Assembly (NCBI RefSeq): GCF_009914755.1
Contig: NC_060928.1
DNA: 64,000 nt
Direction: 5' to 3' (one strand)
Source: the human T2T-CHM13v2.0 reference genome, Homo sapiens
Shown: positions 46,843 to 59,665 of the stretch, in pieces
How positions within the stretch are numbered: position 1 is the stretch's first letter
Layout: the number at the start of each line of letters is the position of its first letter
The notes under the pieces: model-generated
Told to the model about the DNA's origin: nothing
What the model saw: the letters and a program-made list of their open reading frames with translations, nothing else
The model's database searches: none
Translations under genes and position numbers: made by a program

Positions 46843-49660
46843 GAAATGAGAATTAATGAAAAATAGTAATACGAAGATCCAAATTTAACTAGCTTCTTCA
46901 TTTTTAAAAAGAATATAAGTCTTACTAATTTAACTATAACCTAATTTTTTCTCCTTAGTTGCATTTTTACAGTACACCAAGTTGGAGAAATTATCAATAC
47001 TACCGTAAATATTTTAATGTTATATTAAGTTTAGATACGTTGTTTAAAAGCAGAAAAAACTTAGTCCAATATAGTGAACAGGAAATATGCTTAACGTTAG
47101 TGCTGTATGAGTTATGATCCATCTGTAAATAAAACAGTGAAGGAAGAAGCATATGTTTTAGAAAAGTATCCATCATCCAGTAAAACAAGAAATTTTGAAT
47201 CTTGGCATTTGACATTTGTACCATATTGTACACTTGATTTCCCTTTGTTTCTCCTATTTGGTGGCACAGGTGGTTTGCAGCCATGAAACATGCCAATTGC
47301 TTAGCTATGTGCCATCACCGAATTCACCAGCACCCTGAGAAATAGCAGGCTACTCAGCAACAGTTAACAAACACCACGAGGAAAACACTTCAAAAAATGT
47401 AGGTCAGTGCCCACAAGAGGACAGTTTTACTGCAAAGTACCATGTCAAATAGTAATTACTTGCATATAGAGGAATGCTTAGGAAATAATGCTGTCAAGAA
47501 AGAGAAGGCGCAGAAAGGAGCTTACACAATCAAAATACCGTGTGGAGGAAAATACAGGGAGTTGGAGGACTGATTGCCCTGGGTTTCCATCCCAGTTTTA
47601 GACCCAGCTAGGAAAAGTCACTTAAGCTCTCTGTACCTCTGTCTTCTCAAATAGAAAATGGGAGGAAGGATACACCTAAGACCATTACAAAGTATAAAAT
47701 AAGCTCAGTGCCTGGACTGTGGCGGGACTTGTTAGTTCCTCTTCCTAGTATTTCTGCTTAACACAAATTAATGAATACATGTATGCTGATTTGATGCTTT
47801 AACATAATCACCTACTCATTTACAAGAGCACCCATGACTTACTCAGGCCTCCCACACCCAGTGGACATGGGCCTGTGGGGTAGCATTAGCCCCCTCCAGG
47901 CAGCTCTAGAAACCTCACATCTCTAGGCTTCCCTGGCCCACCCCTGTCATGATAATTCAGATGAATTATCTGAGCTACATCAGTTTATGATTATGTTCTG
48001 CTCATCCAGAGAACACCAAGTGTTTTTAAGTACTTTCTAGAGTAACTCAGAAATAATTCAGAGTCTGCCTTTTCTATGGGCTTTCATTTCTCACACCTCC
48101 TTCTCCCATTTGAAAATTATAATAGTAACAGTAAACACAATGACAGTTGTCATTTAGTGAAGGCCTGCTACATACCAAGCACTGTGCTAAGTCCTTTAGG
48201 TACATTATCCTTCAGACAATTCAGAGAGGTATGTATTTTTATCCACACATGCACTCCTTGATAGCAAGAACCATCCCTTTCAAGGCAATCTTCCTGAAAG
48301 AGCTGGAATTTCCTTAGAAGCAAGTTTCCTGGATATTCTGGTTTTGCAGGCCAGAGGTGCCCCCATCTGCAGGGATCTCTTACACCTTCTGCCATTAGAA
48401 AGAACACTTGACACCCAGGCCATGTGGTGAGTTCTCATCCTGCTCAGCCATGCTCTATGGCTATACTTTCTAGGCCCCTCCTTCAAGCCTAGGTTGGAGG
48501 AAAAACTCTGTTGACCCAATTCTAGACCTTCCTGTCAACCCAGGGGGGTCACCTGGTTCTTTTTAGCCCAGAGCTCCTGGGCAAGACCCTTGCAATGTCC
48601 TCTTGACTCTCTCACCTCCTCCCACTATGCATTTTTGCTACATGTTACACTATTGATTCTACTAAATCACACCAAGGCAGATGAATCCCTCTCTGCAGCA
48701 AGCCCTCTAATGTAAAATAATCTCTCATGCCCATAATAAAATTCTGATATTATAGATAAGATGATGACTGAGATTCAAAGATAAATAGCTTTGCCTAAGA
48801 TGACCCAGGTAATTACAGCCAGCACTAGAACACAGACTTCAAATTCAGGGCTTTTTATACCATGCTATTCTGTTTCCTGATCTTGTCCACTCAATATATT
48901 TCCAGGAATTTCAGAAATCAGACAGTATCCTTTCTTATCTCATTTAAATACTCAATTCTCTGGAAAATGTTTATCTTATAAAAATAGTTACAAGCATTCA
49001 TAAATAGTAACAGCAAATTTATTGAATGTTAAATACTAAGGAACATTAAGTACTTAAAACATTTTAAAAGAGTGATTCACTAGCATTCCTAAGAAACTGC
49101 AATGGGGATGATTCACTACAGAAAGTTAAATGAGACTTTGAAATAGACTGTGTACGACTCATAAATTATAAAAAAAAAGAGAGAGAGTAAAGATTAAAAA
49201 AAAAAAACCCTTTGTGGTTGCTTTTCTTACAGCTGAATATCATTTTACTAGAAAAGGGGTTGGCCAACCTATTGATTCATCCTGGATGGATGCCACTTTT
49301 TGTTTTACATATCTTTTAAAGAACTATTGTTTATTTCACCTTCTTCTTCTTCTTCTTCTCCTTCTTTCTTCTCTACCTCCTCCTCCCTTTTCTTTTTTTG
49401 CATGGGGGGAGGGTAATTAAAATTAGTTCATACAAAAAAAATCACATATTGTGCTACAAAATTAATATCTATCAAACTGAATTTTATATTGGCTTCATTT
49501 GCCCTTTCTCCTTGTCCACAGATAATGCTTATAATTTTTTTCCAAGGGAGATAAAGATATTAGAATGATCTGCTTCTAAAGGTAGAATGAAAGTAAGGTC
49601 GGTGTTGAGATGTTATGAATTCACTCTTCAGGGAAGTTTCCAAGCTTATGTAGAACAATA

Positions 49661-49710
49661 AATTAGTTAAGGTTCTCCAGAGAAACAGAATCAACAGGAT
49701 GTAGATAGAT

Positions 49711-49753
<43 letters not shown>

Positions 49754-50138
49754 CAATTGATCTTCATCTGTCTATGTGTCTATTGAAAAAGAGAGAGAGA
49801 TTTTAAGGAATTGACCCACACATGATTGCAGGGCTGGCAAGTTCAAAATCTGCAAGGAGGCCATCAGGCTGGAGACCCAGAGAACAGTCAGTGCTGCAGT
49901 TCAAGTCAGAAGGCCGACTGCCCACAGAATTCAGAAACCAGGCTTCTTAAAGCCTTTAACTGATTAAATGAGGCACATCCACATTATTGAGGGCAAGCTA
50001 CTTCACTCAAAATATACCAATTTAAATGTAAATGTCATCTAGAAAACACTTTTTTATAAGACAGAAACATCTAGAATAATGTATCAAATATCTGGGTAAT
50101 GCAGCCTGGCCACGTTGACACATGAAATCAACCATTAC
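49661..50138 (-). mobile_element. MLT2-type ERVL LTR containing a (GATA)n microsatellite (~49703-49753)
   Basis: attagttaaggttctccagagaaacagaatcaacagga...taaggaattgacccacacatgattg...ttgacacatgaaatcaaccat. Confidence 0.8.
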
Positions 50139-51576
50139 CCTATGTCCCATTCTCAACCTGGTCAGAATAATTTTCAATTTTCGAAATGTCCCATTTTCAA
50201 CCTGGTCGCATAATAAACTCTACCAGACACACTCTTTTTCTCTCCCTGGCTTAGTCAGAAATTTTTATGGTTTTCACAAACTAAAATCTGGTTTGCTACA
50301 TTTTTGAGAATTTAGAAGGGAAATTATTGCCTCAACTCTAACCGTAGTGTTACAAATCAATAGCAATTTTCTTTGCTAGCATAGGTGGGAAAATTATTTT
50401 CTTCAAGCTCCAAAGATTTGACGATTCCTTCCCTGCTAGTCACTATAAACAACGGCATAAATCTCTGGGATTATGGGAGTCACTTTCCCAGCATTTTAAA
50501 ACAATTCCAGTTCTCTAATTCCTTTCTTTAAACTTCTAATATTGACTCATCCCTTACTCTGTTCCCTACTCTGTCTTATTCTTAACAGATGTAAGAAGAG
50601 CCCAACAGCAATTGAGTCAGAGCTGGGGAAAGATGAGAAGTTTGTGGGTCCTAACTCCCCTGATCCTAAATAATCTTGTTGGCACCAGGGATTCCACCCA
50701 TGAAAGTTACCACTCTGAGTGTGTGCGTGCGTGTTGGTGTGTGTGTGTGCCTGTGTGTCTGTGTGTGTCTGTGTTTTGAAGGGAGGAGAGCAGAAATTAA
50801 GAGAAAGATGCAGAGGACATAGAAGAAAGAGGAGATTGATATTTTCTTTTTCTTAGCTCTTTGTCCCTAAATGCCTGAAAAATTAGGATTTAAAAGACGT
50901 AAGATTTTGAAAACATATGTTTGCTTTCATCTAAATCTTTCACCATCAAGATTGACATTGTGCTGGAGCCATGAAGAATGAGATGTAAAGGTTGGAGTCA
51001 GAAGAGGAAAAGGCATCCCAGGCACAGGAGTGGTGAAGAAAGCAGCCACTTTGTGGGAAAGCAGCCTGGCCAGAGTGAAGAACAGCAAGCAATGAGGCTG
51101 AACAGGCAGCCTAAAGCCACATTTTGAAGGGTCTCCAGAGCCCCACAGAGATGAAACTTGTCACAGCAGTGTTGCCATGAGACAGGAGACATGATGGGGA
51201 GATGGGTGGAATGAGAAGGAATGAACAGAAGGCCAAAGAAAGAACTTCGGGAAACCTGCTCCTGCAGTGTGAGAGGAGGAGAGTGGTGGTGTGTGTATGT
51301 TGTCCCAGGTCTGATTTTTCTCTCTGAAGTTAGGAGGCAGGTCGGATGCTGCAGGCAAGGGGAGAGAGTAGGATTGAAAGAAGATCATTCAGTTCAATTC
51401 CACAAGGATTTTGAAGCTCCTGCTCTGGACTGGCCACAATGCTAGGTGTTAGGAATACAAACATGGGTAAACCGTGGCCTGTCTTTTCAAGAAGCTTTCA
51501 GTCTTCAAGCAATAAAAAAAAAATTGTGTAAAAAAAAAAAAGTTAGTGGCACAAGACTTGGTCTCTTCCTTGACTC

Positions 51577-51800
51577 TGAAGGAAACCAGATTACACCACC
51601 TCAAAATATGCCTCTTTAACATAATTTTTTTACACTAAAGCAATTAAGAAGCAGATGCAGGAGAGCTCTGTCTTCCCTCTGTTTGCTTAAAAACAGGACA
51701 GAGAATTATAAAGACAAGATATCTGCCTTATTCTACCCCCTCCCACCTAAAAACAGATACAAATTCCCCTTGATAAATTCCCCTTGCTGAAGCCTGTGAG
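51577..51800 (+). mobile_element. ERV1 LTR fragment (MER34/MER39-like)
   Basis: tgaaggaaaccagattacaccacctcaaaatatgcctctttaacata...aaagcaattaagaagcagatgc. Confidence 0.5.
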
Positions 51801-52089
51801 TCCAACCACTTTACTTCAGTGGCACAGTCTTGGCCAGGGCAGGACAAACCAGTCCACCAGTGCTTTTGGCACCTCCATATTTTCTTACTGGGGCACATGA
51901 GAAACATTCAGTCCCCCGAATTCCACGGTGACCTGTGGGCACTGCCTGTACCACTGAACCCTGTCTCCACTGTCCCCACACTCCACACTGAATCCCCATC
52001 AATCTGTGATTGGTGCAGCTCCTCTCTGGGTCACCTGAGAAAGTGGGTCATGTGTACTGATGCTTCAAAAGCAGCTACCAGGTTAGGCT

Positions 52090-53699
52090 TTTTTTTTTTT
52101 GAGACAGAGTCTCACTCTGTTGCCATCTGGAGTGCAGTGGCATTGAGAGGTTACAGCGTGCTGGCAGCCCTCACAGCCCTCGCAGCCCTTGCTTGCTCTG
52201 GACACCTCCTGGGCCCCACGCCCACTCTGGTCGTGCTTGAGGAGCCCTTCGGCCCTCTGCTGCACTGTGGGAGCCCCTTTCTGGGCTGGCCGAGGCCAGA
52301 GCCGGCTCCCTCAGGTGTGGAGGAAGAGGCGTGGGCAGGAACAAGGGCTGCCCGGGGTGCTTGCGTGCCAGTGCGAGTTCCAGGTGGGCGTGGGCTCGAC
52401 GGGCCCTGTGCTCAGAGCTGCCTGCCGGTGCCGCCGGACCGGGCAGTGAGGGGCTTAGCACCCAGGCCAGCGGCTGCGGAGGGTACACCAGGTCCCCCAG
52501 CAGTGCTGGCCTGCCGGCGCTGCGCTCAAATTCTCGCTGGGCCTCAGCTGCCTCCCCATGGGGCAGGGCTCAGGACCTGCAGCCCGCCATGCCTGAGCCT
52601 CCCCTCACCGTGGGCTCCTGCAGGGCCCAAGCCTCCCCCGACGAGCGCCCCCCTGCTCCACGGCTCCTGGTCCCATCCACTGCCCAAGGGCTGAGGAGTG
52701 CAGGCGCCCTGCGGTGAGGGACTGGCAGGCAGCTCCACCTGTGGCCCCAGTGCCGGATCCACTGGGTGAAGCCAACTGGGCTCCTGAGTCTGGTGGGGAC
52801 TTGGAGAATCTTTATGTCTAGCTAAGGGATTGTAAATACACCAATCAGCACTCTGTATCTAGCTCAAGGTTTGTAAATGCACCAATCAGCACTCTGTGTC
52901 TAGCTCAAGGTTTGTAAATGCACCAATCAGTGCTCTGTGTCTAGCTAATCTAGTGGGGACTGGGAGAACTTTTGTGTCTAGCTCAGGGATTGTAAATGCA
53001 CCAATCAGCACCCTGTCAAAACGGACCAATCAGCTCTCTGTAAAACAGACCAATCAGCTCTCTGTAAAATGGACCAATCAGTAGGATGTGGGTGGGGCCA
53101 GATAAGGGAATAAAAGCAGGCTGCAGGAGCCAGCAGTGGCAACCCACTGGGGTGTCTTTCCACACTGTGGAAGGTTTGTTCTTTCACTCTTTGCAATAAA
53201 TCTTGCTGCTGCTCACTCGTTGGGTCCACGCTGCCTTTATGAGCTGTAACACTCTCCACAAAGGTCTGTAGCTTCACTCCTGAAGCCAGCGAGACAACAA
53301 ACCCACCAGAAGGAAGAAACTCTGAACACACCCGAACATCAGAAGGAACGAATTCCGGACACGCCGCCTTTAAGAACCGTAACACTCACTGCAAGGGTCC
53401 TCAGCTTCATTCTTGAAGTCAGTGAGACCAAGAACCCACCAATTCTGGACACAGCATGAACTCAGCTCACTGCAACCTCCGCCTCACAGGTTCAAGGTTC
53501 AAGTGATTCTTCTGCCTCAGCCTTCTGAGTAACTGGGATTACACGTGCGCACCACTACACCCGGCTATTTTTTGTATTTTTAGTAGAGATGGGGTTTCAC
53601 CATATTAGCCAGGCTGGTCTTGAATTTGTCACCTCGTGATCTGCCCACCTTGGCCTCTGAAAGTGCTGGGATTACAGGTGTGAGCCACTCTGCCTGGCC
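52090..53699 (-). mobile_element. AluS split by an LTR12 insertion
   Basis: Alu sequence at 52090-52143 and 53458-53699 is contiguous once the LTR is removed; TSD ttaggctttt on both sides. Confidence 0.9.
52144..53453 (+). mobile_element. LTR12 (ERV9) solo LTR, LTR12C/D-like
   Basis: tgagaggttacagcgtgctggcagccctcacagcc start and ccaattctggacaca end; GC-rich U3; tandem accaatcag units; aataaaagcagg TATA-like box; 4-bp TSD gcat (52140-52143, 53454-53457). Confidence 0.95.
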
Positions 53700-54498
53700 G
53701 GTTTAGGCTTTTATGTGGGGGTGCAAGAACCTGTCTATCTGCCCTGTGCCCATCTCTACTGACAGCTTCTGGATCTTCTCCTTCCCATCATTTCTCCAGC
53801 TAAAGAGAGATTTTGAGCTTTTGACATTCTGTATGATATATCTCACTTTCTTACCTGGTTCTCAGTCACACAGAATTGGATTAATCCGAATTTTTCATTC
53901 ATAATGTATTACTTTCATTGGTTTCATGCATGTTCCTCTTTTATTTTCAGTTGTTCATTTATTAATTAAATAATATAATGAGCCATCATGAAATCACCAC
54001 CCAGTCCAGAAACTGAAACATTACCAGTATCTTATACCTATCTCTGTGCTTGCCGTCATCCTGCCCCTCTGCCTGTCCTCTAGAAGTAATTATTATCCTG
54101 AATTTTACACTATTTTTCTCTCTCTCTCTTTCTCTCTCTCTCACACACACAGTTCTATCACTTATATAGGCATCTGTGTACTATAACCAGCTCATACTAG
54201 TTCAAGAGAACCAAGTGTATGCGTCCCTTCTGAACTCTGGTGAGATCATGTTGGTAACTTGAAATCAGCCATGGTGGGAATATTTACAACATATAATTAG
54301 CAAGGACTGCACAGCAGAGCCCTTTTCTCCATAGGGCCAGTTTTAAACCTTTACCAACACGCCACTGCATGCATGTTCCTAAATAAAGAATGTTTGCCTC
54401 TTTTGTTCACTTGCTGTATTCCTAACACTTAGAACAATGCCCAGCACATAATAGACAGGAAGTTGTTTAATGTGTGAGTAAGTATCTTTCTCTATCTC

Positions 54499-55159
54499 TG
54501 TTCCTGGACCAAACTGAGGATGGGGCTGCTATTTCTCATGGCCCAATAACAAGATGCCGATGAACTGGAGAGAAAGAGAGTTTTTATTTCTGTAACCAGC
54601 TGCAGGGAGAAGGCCTGGAAATTATCGCCAGACCAACTCAAGATCACAAAGTTTTCCAGAGCTTACCTACCTTCTAAGCTATATGTCTTTGTGTAAGTGC
54701 GCATTCATCTAAAGACATATGTGATTAACTTCTTTTAGTCTGTAACTAAGGTCTGAGTCCTGAAGACCTTCCTCTGGAGCCTCAGTAAGTTTACTTAATC
54801 TAAATGGGTCCAGGTGCTGGGGTGATTACCCTTATCTTGTCTCCTGCTAAATCACGGAGGTTTGGAGAGTTCCTACAGACCCCCAATAAACTTGTTTGTG
54901 GAGGCCCAAGGAGCTTCTTCAGACCCACAATAAAACTTGTTTAATCCCAAATTGGTCCTGTTAATAATTCCTTCGTTATTTTGTCATGCTTTAAGGCCCA
55001 GGAAGGGCCTAGGCAAAACTCTTGGTGGGCTTTTGTTACATTCCAGCCTTTGTATAAGGGCACTGGCTTTTTTTAGCTTTTAACATTTAACTTAACCACT
55101 CAGTCAATAATGAAACAGTTGTTATGGAGGCCTGCATTAGTGAGACCTGGCCTGCCACA
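54499..55159 (-). mobile_element. ERV1-class solo LTR (subfamily not assigned)
   Basis: TG...CA ends, minus-strand poly(A)-type signal near 54585, near-TSD tctc/tccc. Confidence 0.7.
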
Positions 55160-55347
55160 TCCCTAGGGCAGTAAGTCTCATGACCTATAAGGCATGAGTG
55201 GAAGGTATTTTTTCTGCCCCCAGAAGAATTTCCATCGGGAGCTAAGTGAATTTAGAAAATTCTATCTCCTTCAGCAAAGCCTCGCTTTAGCCCAACACTA
55301 TCTTCCACATAAATCCCTATTAGATATGATAAACTGAATATTAGCAT

Positions 55348-55663
55348 TGTATGACTTTCTCCTCAGTTCAGCTAAAAACCAGTTTCTTGTCACTTGACCA
55401 GGAAACATTAGGCTCATGAACACATAGGAGGGTGAGAAAAACAGAATTTATTGGGCAAAAAAAAGACTCTCAGCAAAGCAACAGGGGTTCCTGTTAACAG
55501 GGCCGCATCTCACAGACTGAATCCCAGATTCCCACACAGGAACAGGAGAGAACAGGCTCCTCCCTGCTGCAAACAGCACGAACTTCCCAAGGCCCCACCC
55601 ATCCTCCAAGTACACAGGCTGGTTGGAGATTCTCTGGGAAGCCCTTTTTACTTGACTGTCTCA
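55348..55663 (-). mobile_element. ERV1-class solo LTR (MER61-like, tentative)
   Basis: ctttctcctcagttcagctaaaaacc...aatttattggg...gaacttcccaaggccccaccc...ctgtctca. Confidence 0.55.
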
Positions 55664-56342
55664 TTAGTGCTTCTGTTTTCTTTGCATTCCTGCTAGAACA
55701 GTACTAACCCTCTGTTAGGCAATAGATACCTCTAGAAAAATGGGGTGGGTGGGCAGTCTGTACAAGAGAATGCAAAGAAAAAATATTTCAAAAAATATTA
55801 CCCCAGATACATATTACTTTTCCCAAGGACCAAAACCAAAAAGAAGGACACAGTGGCAGGCAATGGCAGATACTGAAGAGGGTAGGATATAGTGAAAGAA
55901 GCCAAGGAGAAGAGAGTATGTTTCCAGCAGAGATGTGTCTTGGAATCATGCAAATCATTTCGCAAAGGTTGGGGGTCTATTACTGTTAGCAGGACCAACT
56001 ATGCTTCTCTATGTGTGTGAGGCCACAGTCTATTTGCAAGAAGTGCAGAATTAAGGAAATGCTGCTTGAATTTTAAATAGTTTATCTAAAACCTCAAAAC
56101 ACATATGTCATAGGTCTTATCACTATGACATCTTCCTCCCTCCTCTCCCCTCTCTCCCCCTATATGTCCCCATCTCTTCTTATTCCCTGCTCTTTTTCAT
56201 TCTCCCCTTTTTCCTCTGTACTTCTCTCTTTGGTTTCTCCCTTTTTTAGACAGTCCACAATAAGGCAGGGTGCTGAGTGTGCCTGAAAGGAAAAATAAGG
56301 AAATGGACTAGAATTTCATCTTGCAGAGTTTTACATCCCTGG

Positions 56343-56937
56343 TGTTATCAAACTGAACCTGGGACTGCTCACACAGTACACAGCAAAACCAAATACTGAC
56401 ACGGGGATTTGTAGACAGAGAAGGCAAGGTGTTTATTGTAGGGCTTCAAACAAGGAGAATGGATGGCCAATGCTTGAGACCTGAGCTCCCCAGTGACTTA
56501 CAAGTGTTTATAAATCAGGTGTGAGGGGCGTTCCAAAGTGAGTTAGGGGTTAAGGAATTTCTGGAATTCTTTTTCCATTTTCTGGTCTCAGTCTGTCTGA
56601 GGTCTATATTACAGTGGTTGGTATTTTCCATTTTCCATCTGGTGGTGGTCCTGGTTTCTGAAAAGCAACTCAAGGACATATGTAAAGATGTTATCTTTAG
56701 TTTTTACAGGAAACCAAACATCCTGTGGCTCTAACTTACTGTTAGATGACTATTGTTTATGCTGTGATTACCTTCTTGCTTCCCAAGTTACTTATTCACT
56801 TTTCTAATTGCTGGTTGCAGAACTAGCTAGGTGCCTGGAATTTATTTTGAAGGGATTCAAAGTTTTTATTTTTTTTAATTTCCATGCTTAGGAAGGAGGG
56901 CCAGCTGGCCCCAGAAAGGGGCCTTGTTCCATCTCAC
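56343..56937 (-). mobile_element. ERV1-class solo LTR (MER4 group, tentative)
   Basis: tgttatcaaactgaacctggg...gtttattgtaggg...ccatctca. Confidence 0.5.
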
Positions 56938-58416
56938 TAGGAATTGAACCACTGGATACTTTGAGTGGACACAGACGTGCTTGTGATTCTTTCTGAGTCT
57001 ACTGTACATTTCTGGGGGGAAAAAGGCCATATATTGCATGTTTATTGAAATAAAATATTAATCCTGATATTTTCATGTCTTTAAGTGACTCTACAACTTT
57101 ACTTTTTTCTATACTACCCCACCCCACCCTCATCATGTAACTGAAACAATCATATGTGTTTATCAAATCTTATTTCATTTTCCTCTCCTCTTCCTAGGCA
57201 CATAGAAAGACAGTATTTCCCACCTCTCTTGGAACTAGGTTGAAGCCATGTGACTGGGTTTTGCCTGATGGACATAAATAAAACCTCGCCACGTGCCACC
57301 ATATGCTCACCCCTCTTTTCCACCCCTCGTTTAAGATGGCAGTGTACAGGGTGCTGGATCACTGAGTCACCATTTAGAGGAGAGCCCCAAAGGGGATCCT
57401 CTAGCCCATCAGACTGTGACATGAGCAAAAAACATATTTGGTTAAGCCATTGAGCTTTCATGTTTGTTACTGCAGACTATTTGATCCTAGTCTGACACTT
57501 TTCTCAGGAACATCCTCACAAGTCCTAGATTAATTTTAATGGAACAAACATGGGTCATATGTCCATTCCAGAAATAATCATTGTGGCCAGAAAAATTTGA
57601 TGCATTGATTGGCCAAGCTTGGGTCACATGTTCTATTCCTGGAGATGAACATGAACTTTGACAAACAAATGGATTGATATTGAGGTAAAAGTTGATATGC
57701 CAGAAAGAAATCATGGAGTTGTTTTTGGTTTTGTTTTTTGAGAAGTAGGAGAGGGCAAGGAGTGGACACTAATGTCTAAAAATATCGTAAGCTTTCAGGA
57801 ATTATGAGTAGGCTATTTTAATAAATATTAATGGTAAGAATTAGTTTTAGGTAAGTCTGAAAGGTCAAATTAAATCCAATTTTAAAATTCTAACCCTGGA
57901 ATGCCAAACTAAGGTAGGTTTTCTATTCTTAGGAAATCATGTATGTTTTTGCGTTGAGCAGTAATTTGATGAGTTTGATGAGAGGATTTATTTAAGAATA
58001 ATAACTTGGTGGTAGTTTGAGATGGTGGAAAACTGGAGTTTAGAAAATTATAATAATTTGAGAATGCAAGAATGAGTGATAGTAGTAGTGATTGTAGAGG
58101 AAATTGATGCATATTGAGTTATATAAGAAAGGAAGAATTGACGGGTCTTTGTGGGGAGATAAGCAGGAAACAAGATTCAAAGGTTTGAAACTTTCACAGG
58201 GAGATTTTATTTGGGGAAAATGATACGCTTCAGGATGTTGAGTCTAAGATGCCTTTTAGATATTCAAATGGAAGACCAGTAGTTTTGCAGCTGGAATCTG
58301 GGAATAATGTGGTCTGGAGACATAGATTTGGTAGTCATCTACATAAAGATATTAGTTGATAAAATTATTTAATGAGAGTGTGGACGAAAAGCAGAAGTCT
58401 AATAATAACTCCTTGG

Positions 58417-59665
58417 AACTGGCTTGCCATATGCAGAAAATTGAGACTGGACCCCTTCCTCACACCTTATACAAAAATTAACTCAAGAAGGATTAAACAC
58501 TTAAACATAAAACCCCAAACTGTAATAACCCTAGAAGAAAATCTAAGCAATATTCAGGACATAGGCATGGGCAAAGATTTCATGATGAAATTGCCAAAAG
58601 CAACTGCAATGAAAGCAAAAATTGACAGATGAGCTCTAATTAAACTAAAGAGCTTCTGCACAACTAAAGAAACTACCATCAGAACTAACAGGCAGTCTAC
58701 ACAGTGGGAGAAAATTTCTGCAATCTATTCATCTGACAAAGGTCTAATATCCAGAATCTACAAGAAACTCAAACAAATTTACAAGAAAAAAAACAAACAG
58801 CCTCATTATAAAGTGGGCAAAGGACATGAACAGATATTTCTCAAAAAAAGACATTCAGGCAGCCAACAAACATAAGAAAAAAAGCTCAACACCACCGATC
58901 ATTAGAGAAATGCAAATTAAAATCACAATGAGATATCATCTCACACTGGTCAGAATGGTGATTATTAAAAAATCAAGAAACAACAGATGCTGGCGAGGTT
59001 GTGGAGAAATAGGAATGCTTTTACACTGTTGGTGGGAATGTAAATTAGTTCAACCATTGCGGAAGACAGTGTGGCAATTCCTCAAAAATCTAGAACCAGA
59101 AATACCATTTGACCCAGCAATTCCATTACTGGGTATATACCCAAATGACTATAAATCATTCTATTACAAAGTTACATGCACGCATACATTCATTGCAGCA
59201 CTATTCACAATAGCAAAGACATGGAATCAACCCAAATGCCCATCAACAATAGACTGGATAAAGAAAATGTGGTACGTGTTCATCATGCAATACTATGCAG
59301 CCATAAAAAGAAATGAGATTATGTTCTTTGCAGGAACATGGATGAAGCTGGAAGCCATTATCCTTAGCAAACTAATGCAGGAACAGAAAACCAAACACCG
59401 CATATTCTCAATTATAAGTGGGAGTTGAATAATGAGAACAAATGGACACAGGGAGGGGAAAAACACACACTTGGGCTTGTCAGCGGGTGGGATGGAGAGA
59501 GGGAGAGCATTAGGAAAAATGCTAATACATGCTGGGCTTAATACCTAGGTGATGGATTGATAGGTACAGCAAATCACCATGGCACACGTTTACCTATAGA
59601 GCAAACCTGCACATCTTGCACATTGTACCCCAGAACTAAAAATAAAAATTAGAAGAAAAAAAAAG
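58417..59665 (+). mobile_element. 5'-truncated L1PA element with disrupted ORF2 C-terminus
   Basis: ORFs 58372-58632 and 58826-59428 are ORF2 fragments; 3'UTR and A tail; TSD aataactccttgg at 58404-58416 and 59666-59678. Confidence 0.95.

Noticed and set aside
51819-52694. 291-aa ORF as a novel gene
   Set aside because: Chimera of flank, antisense Alu and GC-rich LTR12 U3; long frames are expected in stop-poor GC-rich DNA and no domain is recognisable
52830-53085. Regularly spaced accaatcag repeats resembling a CRISPR-like array
   Set aside because: These are the known LTR12 U3 tandem enhancer repeats in human DNA; no unique spacers or cas genes
58826-59428. 200-aa ORF (also 16222-16551 and 63216-63524) as host genes
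   Set aside because: Fragments of L1 ORF2 or MaLR internal sequence within truncated elements
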